In this document: positions 9,152-21,974 of the stretch, in pieces
Layout of the letters: every line of letters starts with the position of its first letter
How positions within the stretch are numbered: position 1 is the stretch's first letter
Assembly (NCBI GenBank): GCA_973895155.1
Contig: OZ316894.1
Span: 2,620,457 to 2,684,456, forward strand
Source: Marsupella aquatica
Lineage: Eukaryota > Plantae > Marchantiophyta
Length of the DNA stretch: 64,000 nt
Direction: 5' to 3'
Program-made: the position numbers and the translations under genes
Notes under the pieces: model-generated
What the model was told of the DNA's origin: nothing
Databases searched by the model: none
Seen by the model: the letters and a program-made list of their open reading frames with translations, nothing else

Positions 9152-9353
9152 CGGAGCTCACAACCACCATAGCCACTCAAGCTCCTCTCTCTCCAAGGCT
9201 CAACATTGAAAGATGACCTTTCAATGCCTCACAAGTGAGAAGTACCCTCTCACACAAACCTGACGGAACCTTATCAGCTCCAATAGCACTCATACCAAAC
9301 GTACATACTCTAATAGCACGATATACTACTACACTACTCAGAATGGTGTGACA
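9152..9353 (-). repeat. 5' LTR, outer portion (inner boundary not determinable here)
   Basis: Direct repeat of 1-202 with TG start on the minus strand. AT-rich unrelated DNA follows beyond 9353. Confidence 0.9.
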
Positions 9354-12032
9354 TGTGACTGACTCTTCCCACTCTGTGGGGTTTCACAAATTTCAATTCT
9401 CTTTCAAATTCTATTTTCCAATTTTTTTTAATTTTGAGCATTTGAAACTTGGTGATAGATGAATTTTACTTAGGTGATTGAAAAATTAAATTGTTTGTTT
9501 CTAGGCTCCTAGGAAAGGATTCGCATCCCAATAGTCCCAATAGGTTATAATAAAACTCTTCTATTTTTGTATTATTTAGATTGGCTGGCTAATTCTTGGT
9601 TTCCAATTCTTTTTTAGTATATATAGTTTCAAGTTTTGTGTCTTTGCTTCCATAAAATCCAACTTAGTTTTCTGTAATAGGTTTTTATATAAATCTGAAA
9701 TAGACAGAAGATTTGTTTTATCAAAATTATTATCAAATAATGAAATTTCATTTAATTCTAATTGAACAAAAATGAAGCTCCCATGGACCACAATATTGGT
9801 CATTTGAAATCCCCATGGACCACATTTCCCAAAATTTGAGTTTAATTGTAATAACTTAATGCTCATAAATTCAAATATTTTTTAGTTTTGAGTATGTGCT
9901 AGTGGAGTAGGTAAGCTACACTTCCATCAGAGTGACACTAAATCTTTGGCCATTTTGGTTGAGTTATTCATCATGGAATGCTCAGGGGTCAATTTCATTC
10001 GATCAATTTTCATTATATTAATATGAAATATTAAGGCTTGTACTTTTTCATGTCTCCTCCTTCTCTAGTTGACTTGCAAGTGAAAAAGTAAGAATTATTT
10101 CAAGACTCATAATCATGAAGTTATAAGCCCAAAACTCACATGGACCACCAAAATGGGATTCATGGGAGCATTCTGTCCAATGTGGAGGTCCATGCAGGCT
10201 TCACTTTCAATTGAACAAGTTGAGAGGTCTCCTTTCCAAGAATCAGATATTTTTATGGATAAAAATAGAAAAAATATAATTGTATAAAAGTGATACATGG
10301 ATTGGTGTAGTTCTAGGGGCAGGGTGAGTTAAGTCCAAATATACAAAGGCCACTTAACAGCTTACCAGCTATTACATTCATCCCCCATTCAGGACCCTGC
10401 TGGGACTATCTAACAGGGTTGAACTTTTTGACTTAGTAAGCTTTGTTTAATGGTTCCAAAATTGCCATCCAGCTTGTGTTTTTTTGGGGGAGCCCACTGG
10501 CCGCCTGTAAGCATCTAGGATGGAGCATCAACATCAAGTTTGGGCTTAGGGTTGTAGTGCAGGACACAGACTTAAAATGTGCCGTACACCAAGTTGATGA
10601 CCACACTTTTTTGCCCAAGCATTTTGGCACACGGCAGGCGGACTGGCTACGAGCCCTCTCAAAGTTCATGCCCCCTTGGTTACATATGCCCATCAACCAC
10701 GCCCGGGCTAGTTTCAACCATAAGTTTTTGCTGTCAATAACCCAGACTACGAAGGAGAAAGTATACGGAAGTAATTTTGCAAATTCCGTATTTCCTACCC
10801 TTACTTGGCAACTTGATACTTCTGATTATCAAATTGAGTAGTGATTTCTTGACTTCCTAGAACCCTAAACCCAGCAAGTCATCTGAGTCTGCCTTGGTCA
10901 ATTCGGTTTCTCAATAATCAATCCCTAATTCAGGAGTTGAGGTTACTGTGTTTGCTGGAGGGCTCATGAAAGAGGGACCCTTGCTCAATTGTATATCAAC
11001 TTCGCAAAGTTCTCAAGACTAGTTCGTTTGACTCTGCTCGAGTTTTGCATTTGTGAAAGAGCGGGCTCAATTGAGGTCGTGGTATCTGCTTCGTCTTCCA
11101 GAAACATGACTTTACTCAATTGAAGTCACCCTTTTTTATTGGCTGAACTAACATAGTTCAGCCATGTTTGATAAAAAAGTATGTGATGCAAACAAAAGTC
11201 TTGGGGGACCAAAAAAGTCTCCCAAGATACTTTTGTTTGCAATACATATGGACAATGCAATGGATTGCAATACTGGATTTCTATACAATTTCCCTTGTTC
11301 TAAAGAGACCCAAACAAAATCCAATGTATTGTATACAATATTTGTATTCAGGCCAGATCACGATGGCAGAGGAAAGAGATTAGGGGAACATTTAATGATT
11401 TGTTTTTTTTGTGTTTATTTCCTTCTTTGTTCTGTTTCACTTTGTTTGTCTTAATTAAGCTAAGTATATTTAGCACTTGCTCTTTTAAGTTCAGCCTAAT
11501 TTGACAAACCCCCCTTTGGTCACGGGCCTGGAATATCTATCTCTTTGCTTTATGTTCCTCAACACTGGACTCTACCCTTGTGCCTGCTTACATTTGAGCT
11601 CAAAAAGCAGGCATGATTAGCGACGCCTGAATTTTCATCGAGCTTGCAACCGGGATTCGTGCAGGTATGTGACTTGTTTTGTGGTCGCGGGTTGGACACT
11701 AAACGATGGGCAGAACCTGGAATTAGAAAATACATCGGTGTAGGTACGTGTCTTGGTTGTCAATCGGCTGTGTCTGGTACTCGTCTGGCCTGGTCATGCT
11801 TAGTGTGTAGTAGTGACAGCCTTAGGGTGCACATATCGGGTGTCAACGTTCCAGACTTAAGAGCTGGCTCGGATTTACTTAATTAAGTGATGCAAATGTT
11901 GCTTGACAGCAGCACATTGCTGTTCGGACATGCTAATTGTTTATTGCCCTTTCAGTTTCTGGATCCCATTGCCAATTCCTACGCTCAAAGGCAGCCCTCT
12001 CTACTCTACTGCGCAACAGGCTCAGGCTGAAG

Positions 12033-14737
12033 ATGGCAGCAATGGCGACGCTCCTCGCCCCTTCGAGCACTGCTGTCGCTTCTCTCTCGTTCCACGGTAC
12101 CACTAATTTCTTCTGTAAATTTACCGTCACTACCTCGAAATTAGTATCCGCCTGTTCAGACATGGTGGCCAACACTCGGCCTGTGCAAGGAGACATGGCC
12201 ATGCCATGGATCTTGATCTACCCACAAAATGACTCTACCGAAGAGAGCTCTGCACTTCCAGGATGGGCCCGACGGGAGAACCGTATGCATAGAAAAATCC
12301 TTCGAGAAGTCTATAGGAATACAGTGAGTGCGCAGTGCTGATTGATTTGAAAAATTCGGATCGATGGATCTATGGATCGATGGATAGGATAGGAATATTA
12401 ATCCCTTGAATGGAATGTGAATCAGTAAATCAGAAGGAAGGCATTCCCAAGTGGAGGTGGGCTCCCTCAGTCACAGTGAGCAGCAGCGGAACATGTGGCT
12501 TCAGGCAGGCACCTCTACATGTTCGAACCAGCTTGAAGGTCGCATGGCAGGTCCAAAGTCAAAGCATTGTGAGATGTCAGGCAGCGGAAGAAGAACCAAC
12601 TGTTGATAATTCCTCAGGTGCCCACCATTTCCTTTCAAACAGTTTTGTTTGGTCATTCATATCCTTCCAACTGTTTTGAAAATATAAATATAATGTGCCA
12701 ACCATGCCTTAGATATCCCATCGTCTGGCTAAGTCTGTCGGCTCTTTGTCTGCGGCAGTCTTGGTGGTTGGTGGCGGAGGCATCGGAATGGAAACTGTTA
12801 AGGCCCTGTCAACGGCTGGTTCATGGGTTACTGTCTATCAAAGAAGTGACAAATTGCGCAAGGACATTGAGGGTCTAGGAGCGATGTTGACGATTGGAGA
12901 TGCTCTGGATCCTGCAGCCATTGAGAAGACCTTCAAGTCAAATAATTTTGATGCTGTTGTCGTGACAGTTGGTAAGAGTTGTCACTTTTCAAATTCTTCC
13001 ATATTAACTGCATCTCCCCTAACCGGCAGTGAACCTGGTGTACCTCTATTTATCGTAGGACTCTTCATTTAATCATAGACACAGTTTTCCTCATTTACTC
13101 GGCTTTAGTCAAATCTGGCCCCGTAAATGATTCAGCAATTTTTCACAGGTGGTGGAAATTCCCAGCCAGAAGTTGACAAGGTACGTCCATCATGAACAGC
13201 TCTTGAGGGCGAGGATACTTTTTGGATATTTAAGTACAAGGTTTTCGGCTTGTATGTGTTAGTAGACTAGGAAGAAGCCCTTTCCCTTACTTGTGTAAAG
13301 TGTTCTGAAATTTGTGATCGCGTCTTTGTCTTCAAAGGATGGCCCGATCAACTTCATTGCTGCTGCTAAAATGGCAGGAGTAAAGCGGTTCATCATGGTA
13401 TGGAAATTTTACTCTCTGTCTGTACATCAATTGGTAGTGCATAGACCTTAATTTGGAAGTTAGGAATTGAAGGCTGTTGATTGCCTCTGAACATCCACTG
13501 AACTCTTAACATTGAACTTGATTAATCTTGGCAGATTTCTAGCATTGGGGTTGGTGACAGCAAGGCTGCAGTTGACGCCAAAGTGAGTTCAATAGAGTCA
13601 ACTGTTCCCCCCATTTGTTGCTGGCATATGCTACGTCCGTCTAGTAGTAGAGCTGCAACCAGGCATTTTTCTTGTGTCGGTTTTTAATCGCAGTTCTTCA
13701 GTGATTGGAGAAAATCTGTTTGGTATGAGCAACTTGGAATGAAAATATTTGCCGAATTGAATCTGATCATCTACTGTAAGACATTCTCCTGGTAGAGGAT
13801 GGTAGTAGTATCCTACCGCATCAAAAACTGGACGAATGTGTCAAACTCTGAACTTACAGGTTTTGACAATTTAATGGGTTCAATACAGACATATGCTGTG
13901 TTGGAGAAGGTCTTGATTGCCAAGGGAGTAGCAGAAGAGTACTTGAGAGCGAGTGGGTTGGAATACACAATCATTCGACCAGGGGGCCTTTTGAGTGGTG
14001 CTGTAAGAATCATTTCCTCAAAGCATGTTCCTTCCAAACATTTCTCAGAGCTAGAATTCCCCTCCGAATTCTACCTGATCAACACCCAGCGTGACTCAGA
14101 GCAGAATTCCATTTTCTAGTCAAGCAAGAAAATCGCATTAATTGGGCAGAGACTACAGAGTTTATTTTTATTCGACATTTGAATCCGTTCTCAAGCTACC
14201 TTTTTTGCCGACTTCCTGTTTAAGATTTGTGGATTGCAACTCTGGTTGACTCTCAATATATGTGTGCAATAGCCACCATCAGGGAAGGGAGTTCTGACCG
14301 AAGACACGACAGTTGCTGGACTTATCAGTCGAACTGACGTGGCTACTCTTGTAAGTGTGAAGCTTGGAAATCATGAGTCAATGTGGATCCGCTCGTTTCC
14401 GTAAATTTTGGCAAGCTTTGATGCTTCATACATTTCTGTGACACTAATCTTTTTGGCCTCTGCTTGCAGGTTTTGAAAATCCTGTTTGAGAAGAGAACTC
14501 TGTCCAAGACCTACTCCGCAGTTGATAGTGAGAAGGTAAGCTACCAGCTGGGAATACTACAGTTTATCCATAAAACTCATGCAAGTTTGTTTGAGTCTTC
14601 TGTCGGGCCCAATTGGTTTATGTTTCAGTCGTGTGACTCCCGAATGGCTCACGTGTTTCATAGGTTCTGATTACTGTCCTTTTTTTCTTCAGGTGTTTCC
14701 GGGAAGCCCAAAGTTCGAAACTTTGTCTTTGGCTTGA
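12033..14737 (+). CDS. Multi-exon NAD(P)-binding Rossmann-fold (atypical SDR / NAD_binding_10) protein, probably plastid-targeted
   Basis: VLVVGGGGIG, GVKRFIMISSIGVGDS, AKGVAEEYLRASGLEYTIIRPGGL, ISRTDVA across GT-AG exons; stop at 14735-14737. The Ala/Ser-rich first exon (MAAMATLLAPSS) is inferred. Confidence 0.85.
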
Positions 14738-17564
14738 GTACATAGTCGTTTCAATGTCACTGCTGTTCAGCCTAAAAACTGACCTGAAATCTTTTCAGTA
14801 GATTTTAATCCCAAGATGAACAGCAAATTGGCATCACGTCTATGCAATTGCTCTCATTTTTGTAGCCTCCAAGGTAGTTGAGCAAAGCCATTCTTGTGTA
14901 TCACAGTTTGCCAGATATGTGCGGGCAGCTGCGGCTTTACGGGATGGGAGATCCACCCAAGAGCTTGCCGTGTTTACGTTGCAAGATTTGTTGAGTTGAA
15001 GGCACCTTACTGGACTACGAAGCTCTCGTAGTTGGTGCGAGTATGCAGTGTCTGGAAAAGTATTTTTGTTTGTTACTGTAACTGTATGATGGGGTGCCAA
15101 CACATCATTCTCAATACTCCACAAACGCAGAGAGGACATCTGTCCTAGTGCGCTGCAAGGCTTACAATTCCAAGGTCTAGACCAAATTGTCACGAAAGGT
15201 ATTTTAGCTTTACTCATGGATAACACACTGAATCTGGTCTGTCTGTGATTAGAACCGTCTAAATTGGTCTTGAAATGTTTGGCATAAAGATTGACTATTT
15301 CAGAAAGGAAACTACAATGATGAATCCCACAATGATGAAACTACAATGATAAATACAGAGTGCAGCATAGCTTTGACACAGCACATTGTGATGCTTTTTA
15401 CAGCCCACAGTACTTTGACGAAGAGCCAGACGCAAAAACGCTTGGACAGATGTCCGTGTCAATGTGACTTCTTTCGAAACGAATTTTCTTACCCAAGGTT
15501 CCAATGAAATCCTGTACGCATTCCCTCCTCTTTCGGACACTATGGTAGCAACGACAAAATTGTGTCAACTAGTGCCAGCACTTTTTTCTTTCGGCAAAAT
15601 GGTGAGCCTGAAGTCCTGGTGCAGCGAGAACACATGTGTATTGACCATTTGAATTAAAAAAAATATCATCTCAACCATTGATTGGGGGCAAGTAGTCCCC
15701 AATGTCCAACAAAGTGGTTTTAATGATAAATTTCCCTTTTTCTGTATGGTTGATCAAGCAAATCAGGGACAGAATTTCGTGAGAATTCACCAACATTAGA
15801 GAGGCTGGTGAGGGCCTAACAAGGCTTAATATATCCGGCCACAATAGACAATATAAGGCATGTCAATCCTTCTCCAACAATCCATTGGACAGGGAGCGTC
15901 GAGGAGAGGGGAGGTACAGAAAGTGGAAAAAGAAAACCCCTCCCCCCAGCTCCTCTAGACCATGTCTGGACCCCACCCTTCTCCACTTCCTTGCCTCACC
16001 AGCACTTATTTGCCTTACTTTCCTTTACATTTTGTGTGCGACACATCAGCATTGGGCTTGTATGTTAAAAACAAATCAGCCCAATTTTTTATGGCTATTT
16101 TTTCACCAAACCAAAGCAACAGCTGAAGTGGATGCATCATTTTATGAAGGAGGCCTGACTGTCATGAAGCATGTTGCACATACCCAATTGTCCTGGCCCC
16201 ACACCTTAAAAGAAAGTTGTGGTAATATGTTTGTGACCAATTTCGTTTCTAGTTAGATGTGTAGAACGGCAACCAAATCTGGCGGCACCCCCAGTGGGCA
16301 CCCCGAGTGGCAGATATATGTCCCTGAATCCATCACAAACAATTATATGAGTAATGTGGTCACAGATGTAGGTCCCAAGTGTGGGTGTTTTATGACTCTT
16401 CCAAGCATTCAAAAGGGAAAATTACTATGGAGCAAGCTGTGCAACTGGCTCTTCCAAGGGTATTGGATATGGGTTTAGTTTTCCATGACAACACTAATTG
16501 AACTTATTCACAGAAAACATTATCCTATAGTATTCAGGATTATCGACAAAGTGAATGTTTAAAAGTAACTAAGAGTAACAATATTAATCTTAAAGTGACT
16601 AAAAGAAAAAGTACAACTTCTAGAATGAAAAAGATGTCCAATAATAGCTATAGATACAATACTTTTTGGGTGGAAGTGAAAGTCTCAAAAGGCGCATCAG
16701 AATTTATAAATCAGCGAAAAACAAAGTACAATGAAAGGAAAGAAAAAGAGTTCCAAAGAGGACAAACACCCAACCAGAAAAAAGAAAAGCAAGAGTAAAC
16801 CTAAAAAAGGTGGAATAGAGGTAAAGCATCTCATTTTGAGTGTATGAAGGCCACATTTTGAGGCTGGGGAGCATCTCATCTTGGGTCACCTTTGCCACAT
16901 TTAGAGGGGAGCTCTGTTCAGTTGCCACTAATTGATCTAAAGCTCATAAGCATGGAAATATTCTAAGCAATGAACAAATAAAAGTGTGTACACAAGGCCA
17001 CTATTGCCCGATGAGATGGGGAGCTATCCTCATGTGGCTAGTTGTCTGATGTGGAAAAAGAGGACGTAAAAATATGTTTATATAATAAAAATTCTTCAAC
17101 AGAAACAAAGAATAGGTAGTGTAAGATTATAAAACATATACAATGAGGATTGTGAACCCCATTGAAATTAAAGAAAACAAACAATGAACGGGGGTGGAAG
17201 AAAATAAGGTGAGGGAAGAATAAGGTGAGGGATAAGGGCCTGCAGTACCTTCCAGTACTCCGCATACCCCCACACATGCCTGGATGGTACCCCTCCGGCA
17301 CCATTGTCCCGCAAGGGCAAGGCGAGGCACAAAGGCCAGTGGCACGCAGGGAGGCAATGGTCATGTGCAGAGGGTGAGGTGCAGATCATAAGTGGAGGGC
17401 TTGCAGGATTAAACGTGTAGGGTAACCCATCCCCAGTAGGGAGTAATGGGACGTAATCCAAGAGGGCGTTGAGCTTGAGGGGTTTATAGCCATTATCCCC
17501 AAGTGGGGATAAGTTAACCAGCGTAATGCCTAAGTGAATTTTTGGAATCACTCAGTTCGATTTT

Positions 17565-17818
17565 ACAAAGGAAAAGTCTGCCAATTGCAGTTGACTCTAT
17601 TTCTCATTCGAATTTCATAATCTCCAGACCAGGCTGTCCCAAGAGTTCGGTGGCTCATAACCTTGTACACACAAACAAAGGAAAAGTCTGCCAATTGTAC
17701 TTGACTCTATTTCTCATTCAAATTTCATAATCTCCAGGCCAGCCAGGTTGTCTCAGGAATTTAGTGGCTTCACCCGGAGGTAATGCCTCATAACCTTGTA
17801 CACACATACAAAGGAAAA
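17565..17818. repeat. Imperfect tandem duplication (~110-130 bp unit, just over 2 copies)
   Basis: ACAAAGGAAAAGTCTGCCAATTG...CTCATAACCTTGTACACAC at 17565 and 17675; a third ACAAAGGAAAA starts at 17808. Confidence 0.9.
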
Positions 17819-20800
17819 ATTCAGAAAGGGTTTATGGTGCGACAAAAACAGGATTTTAAAGAACAGCCAGGAGTCGTTCCTGCCTAGATGACAGTTAATA
17901 AACAAACATTGGAGGAAATTGATGAGATTGCTTATTACAAATAGATGCATAGGTGAAAATGAAGTCCCAGTAGACCCCTAAGTTTGTTAAAATGCTCCCA
18001 TGGGTTTTGCAACTCAGATGGACCCCATTCCACTTACAATGTCACAGTGAATAGTCCCAATTAGTCCATCTTAATTGCATGGTTTCTGTCTAGGGTCCCT
18101 GGCAGCATGTATAGGTAGATAGTTATTTATTTAGAGAGGGGAAACTGCCTATGAACAAGTGTGTTAGGATAGTTGTTCCAAAATAAGAGAATGAAATGCC
18201 GCACACTTTTCCCTTACAGTAGTCAATGATTACAAAAATGTGTTTCTCGTGCCGTGCAGTGGAGGACACTTCACACCAAACTGACACCCTTTCATCCAAA
18301 TTGGATAGCTCAGGGCCGACATCTGAAAAAATAAGTATATAGCTATATTAAAAAATAAAAAATGTAAACAGGGTTTTCCCTCCAGCAGGCCACTCTAGTT
18401 GTGCAGCTCCCTCTAAAGTGGGTTCCTTTCTAAAGATATTTTTTATTATATTATTATGTAAAGGTTTTTGGCTACTTAAAGTAAGTAAAACCTTCGCCCC
18501 ATTTAGATTTGCATGGCAGTGATGTACATTGATCCCTTTGAGACCACTCTCATATAATTCCTTAGATCTTTTTATCCTTATCTCAACTCTTCTTTTCTTT
18601 TGGGGAGCTCAACGACGATGTTGTGGCAATTAGGTTTGGAGTTTCCCCAGGCACGGCTTGGGCAAGTTTGTCACTTTTTACAATCAAATTAGCCACATCT
18701 GCTAGAGTAGATAGGCCATAAGCCCCCACTCCAATACAAATTAAACAATACCACCTCTTGTGGCAGTGTTCTGAGTGGGGCTAAGGCTTGTCCATATTAT
18801 TGTAAGGTGGTCAATTGGAAACTCTAGGATCATGGAGAGTGGGCTTGAGACATATGCCAGGTCATGTGGAGAAGCCAAAGCTAGAGTGCAGGCAGTGGTA
18901 GTATAAGAGCGTTGGTGCAATGATGGTGTGATAGGGAAATATTAGCACAATCACAAGTCAATGGAGTGGTCAGTAATTTTTTTTAAGCCCTGATAGCTCA
19001 CTTTAATTAACTCATGCTATGTTTTGCAATTTGAATTGAGGAGGGGATCAGACTTTACAACAACAACAACCTTCCAGCCTTAACTAACCAGACTCCCCAC
19101 ATGCAATCTAGATTTTCCCTATTTTTCAAAATTTTCTGGTGAAGATCATATATATCTTTTCTGATATGCATCTAAAACTGGATTTCATGTTCAAAGTTTT
19201 AGATGGAGGTTGAACTTTTTGGATGGATATTGAACTACAAGCTCAAGTTTGATCTCCATCTAAAACTATTACATGCGTCCCAAATGCTGTGTGTAGAAAG
19301 TCAAGTTTTTTTCCCAGTTGTACGGCTGAATATGGGTCACTTTCTTTTGAATTAAAAAGAAAATCATGGTTTCACCCAAAAACATGTGATATAAGCTAAT
19401 GTACAAAATTTTCCCTGAATAATTTACTGCCTCAAATACCTCCATGTACTTATCCAGTTGAGAGTGTGAGCAAACTTACAGGAAAATTCCTCAGAACATA
19501 CTTTTTTTTCTCTTAGGAGGAAAAAACCCTAGATATACACCACTTTGCTAGCCAAAACCCTTGTTTGAAATTGCTGAACTTTGTGTCATTTTTTTTAGTC
19601 AAACCCAATTTCAGGATTCCTCTTTTGGCAAGCAAACTTGCTAGCTAGATGAATTCTTAGGAATGCACAAGAAATACAACAGTCAGCACAAATCAAAGGC
19701 ATTCAGAACTACTCTTGTGACTCGCAAGCAACACTCTCCTCGCTAGAACATCTTTCTGTTTGCTTGCATCACACAAAATACCTCTTGGGGTATGAGGAGT
19801 CTGATGTGTGTGAGCTGACAAAACACATGAGGAATTCCATGAGTAATTTTACCATGCACTTATTGGATACTGCAACCATGCACATATGGGAAAAAGCACA
19901 TAGATGATATTCTGTGCACTTATAGCTTGTAACACAAACCTTGGATAAGTGGACGCCTAGGGCGTCTTCCAAGGAGCCTTACTTAGACACAGGAATTGGG
20001 AGTGCCTGATGGACCTCAAACCAAAGTTTTCTCCCAAACCAACGAACTGATGAGATTTTGGAAACATTGATTTAGGGTCTATCAATGTTCTGGATCACTC
20101 ATGGAGTCAATTGAGTAACACTTCTCATCTGAAGGTCCATCAACCATAATCATGAAAACAATAACCCAAACTCGAGTTCCTGCCACATTAGTTAATGTAC
20201 CCTCGAAAGGGTTAATTTATTGTTTTACACTCTACAAAACCTTGAAATATGTACTTGCATTTCAAGCCTCAAAAGTGGCGGAGTCTTAATGTCCTGCACG
20301 AGTTTAAAGTCCACACCTGATGGCTCCCAGTCAAAAGATGTAATCAGCATGATACCTCTTGATTTGTCTTTATAATTAGACCAATAAAATATCTTTGTCA
20401 CTATGTAGAGTTTCAACTTCACCCTTTTCTAGTCCGCCCTCTCTACAGTTTGTGGCGGGCTTTGGTTTCCAACTAACCTCTTCATGTTCCTTGAGGAATT
20501 TGGGTTCAATTATATATATTTTGATTTGAAAGTAAATGAGGAAGAACACTTAGTAGACTCTCATCACCTCAATAGTGTCATACATTCATTTGAGGGGAAC
20601 CCATTTCAGAGGTGAGTCCCCTGGGATACCACATGACCCGCACCAGGAGGGAGAGAGAATTAAATCAGGGTCACAAAGTGTGCAACCATTGGCCAAAGAG
20701 ATAATCAAAACTCCCATCTATTACCCATAAAACCCATCCCATCCACATACATTATTAATTTCTTTCCTCAAGGGAAACGTGCACTTGATTCCAAAAAAAG

Positions 20801-21420
20801 ACCAAAGTCTAGAAGCACGAAAAAAACAAAATCCAATGAGAGGAAAGAAAAAGAGGTCCAAAGAAAAAGAGGTCCAAAGAGGAGTGAACACGGTAGTCTG
20901 AAAAACATTTTTACTGTCACTCCTTTTGTAAATAATCTTAAACTAAATATCTGAAGGGAAAAGGATGTAAAGTGGGACCCCCGTCCAATCCGGTTCTGAC
21001 GGGATTCCCCCTGAACAGAATCCATAGATTCTTTTCGTATGGGATTGTGTCGGCCCACAGGTCGCCGATGATTCGCTCGCTGGCGTGTACGAATGGATAC
21101 GGTACCACACAGAGTACCAGAGTACCATATGGTCAACGGTGGTTTAGATCAGCGGCCATAGTTCGGTACCCCAGTTTCAAAGGGAGCATCGGAGCCGTCG
21201 ATGGCGTTCTCTCGAACCGCAGTTAGACGAGGGAGAATGCTTCGTTACTGTAGATGCGCTTTACTCCATTGGGCACCCACCTGCTGCCCGTATGGGCACA
21301 CTTGAAACTGGGAAATGAAGATGACTTGCCTGAAATGGACGAATGAGATAGAAGAGCAATCATTCGTATTATTAGTAAGCCTGTGACCTACCTTTTGGGG
21401 GGGCGAGTTGAGAGCCTTAT

Positions 21421-21974
21421 AACCAGAACATAAATATAATATATTGGTTCGTGCATTAAATCTATGTCAGTAGGGGGAGGGGGTTCAGGCGAGGAGGGGT
21501 CAGGGGAGTTCGGGCCGGGTTCGGTTGGGCCGGATTTGGGTGGGTTGGGCTGGGTTCAGGCTGGGTCGAGCCGGAGTCCAGGGAAATCTGGGGGAATCTG
21601 TGTCAAATTGCACGTTTTTTGGTCATCATTTGACGGTTTTATATGCCTGACAAGCCGTCAACCTGCCTGTCAGGTTAAACTGGGATAAACCAAGACACAT
21701 GCTTCATGTCATTTTCTTTACACATCATAAACATAGTGTATTTATTGTTGAGCATAGACGACACTCATAACGGTAAGCACATGACACATCCAACGCGCAA
21801 GTAGTCGACACAATACATACGGGGTTCACTTCCTCGAGGCTACGTCACCGCTTGGCATATAGTGTGCATCCTAGTTAACCTGACCATGTCTCCGACTATG
21901 GTTAGACTAACTATGGTTACATGTCGTAACCCTAGACCTTGAGTAAATACCTAACATTTATTTATGTTCTGGGG
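21421..21974. mobile_element. Putative MITE (~550 bp)
   Basis: 14-bp perfect inverted repeat CCAGAACATAAATA (21423-21436) / TATTTATGTTCTGG (21959-21972), with TA close outside both ends. No coding capacity. Confidence 0.5.

Larger units (their letters stand above)
1..9353 (-). mobile_element. Ty3/gypsy LTR retrotransposon (degenerate copy) encoding Gag-PR-DNMT-RT-RNaseH-INT-PHD; 3' LTR truncated by the window edge
   Basis: Direct repeat 1-202 = 9152-9353, starting TGTCACACC on the minus strand. Domain order PR-RT-RH-INT is gypsy type. The ORF fragments rejoin in frame across point stops and two frameshifts. Confidence 0.95.

Noticed and set aside
1-9353. DIRS/tyrosine-recombinase element (these often carry methyltransferases)
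   Set aside because: It has a DDE integrase, an aspartic protease and direct LTRs. The MTase has C5 motifs, not adenine-MTase motifs.
10443-10841. ORF with a weak LINE RNase H-like look (RQADWL)
   Set aside because: Catalytic residues and spacing are not convincing.
14840-15540. Minus-strand ORFs 14840-15226 and 15295-15540
   Set aside because: No domain similarity or coherent exon structure; they overlap the 3' region of the SDR gene.
19740-20430. Gypsy pol relic (LPIP and LCDAS-like words on the minus strand)
   Set aside because: The words fall in the wrong order for RH-INT and are surrounded by stops.
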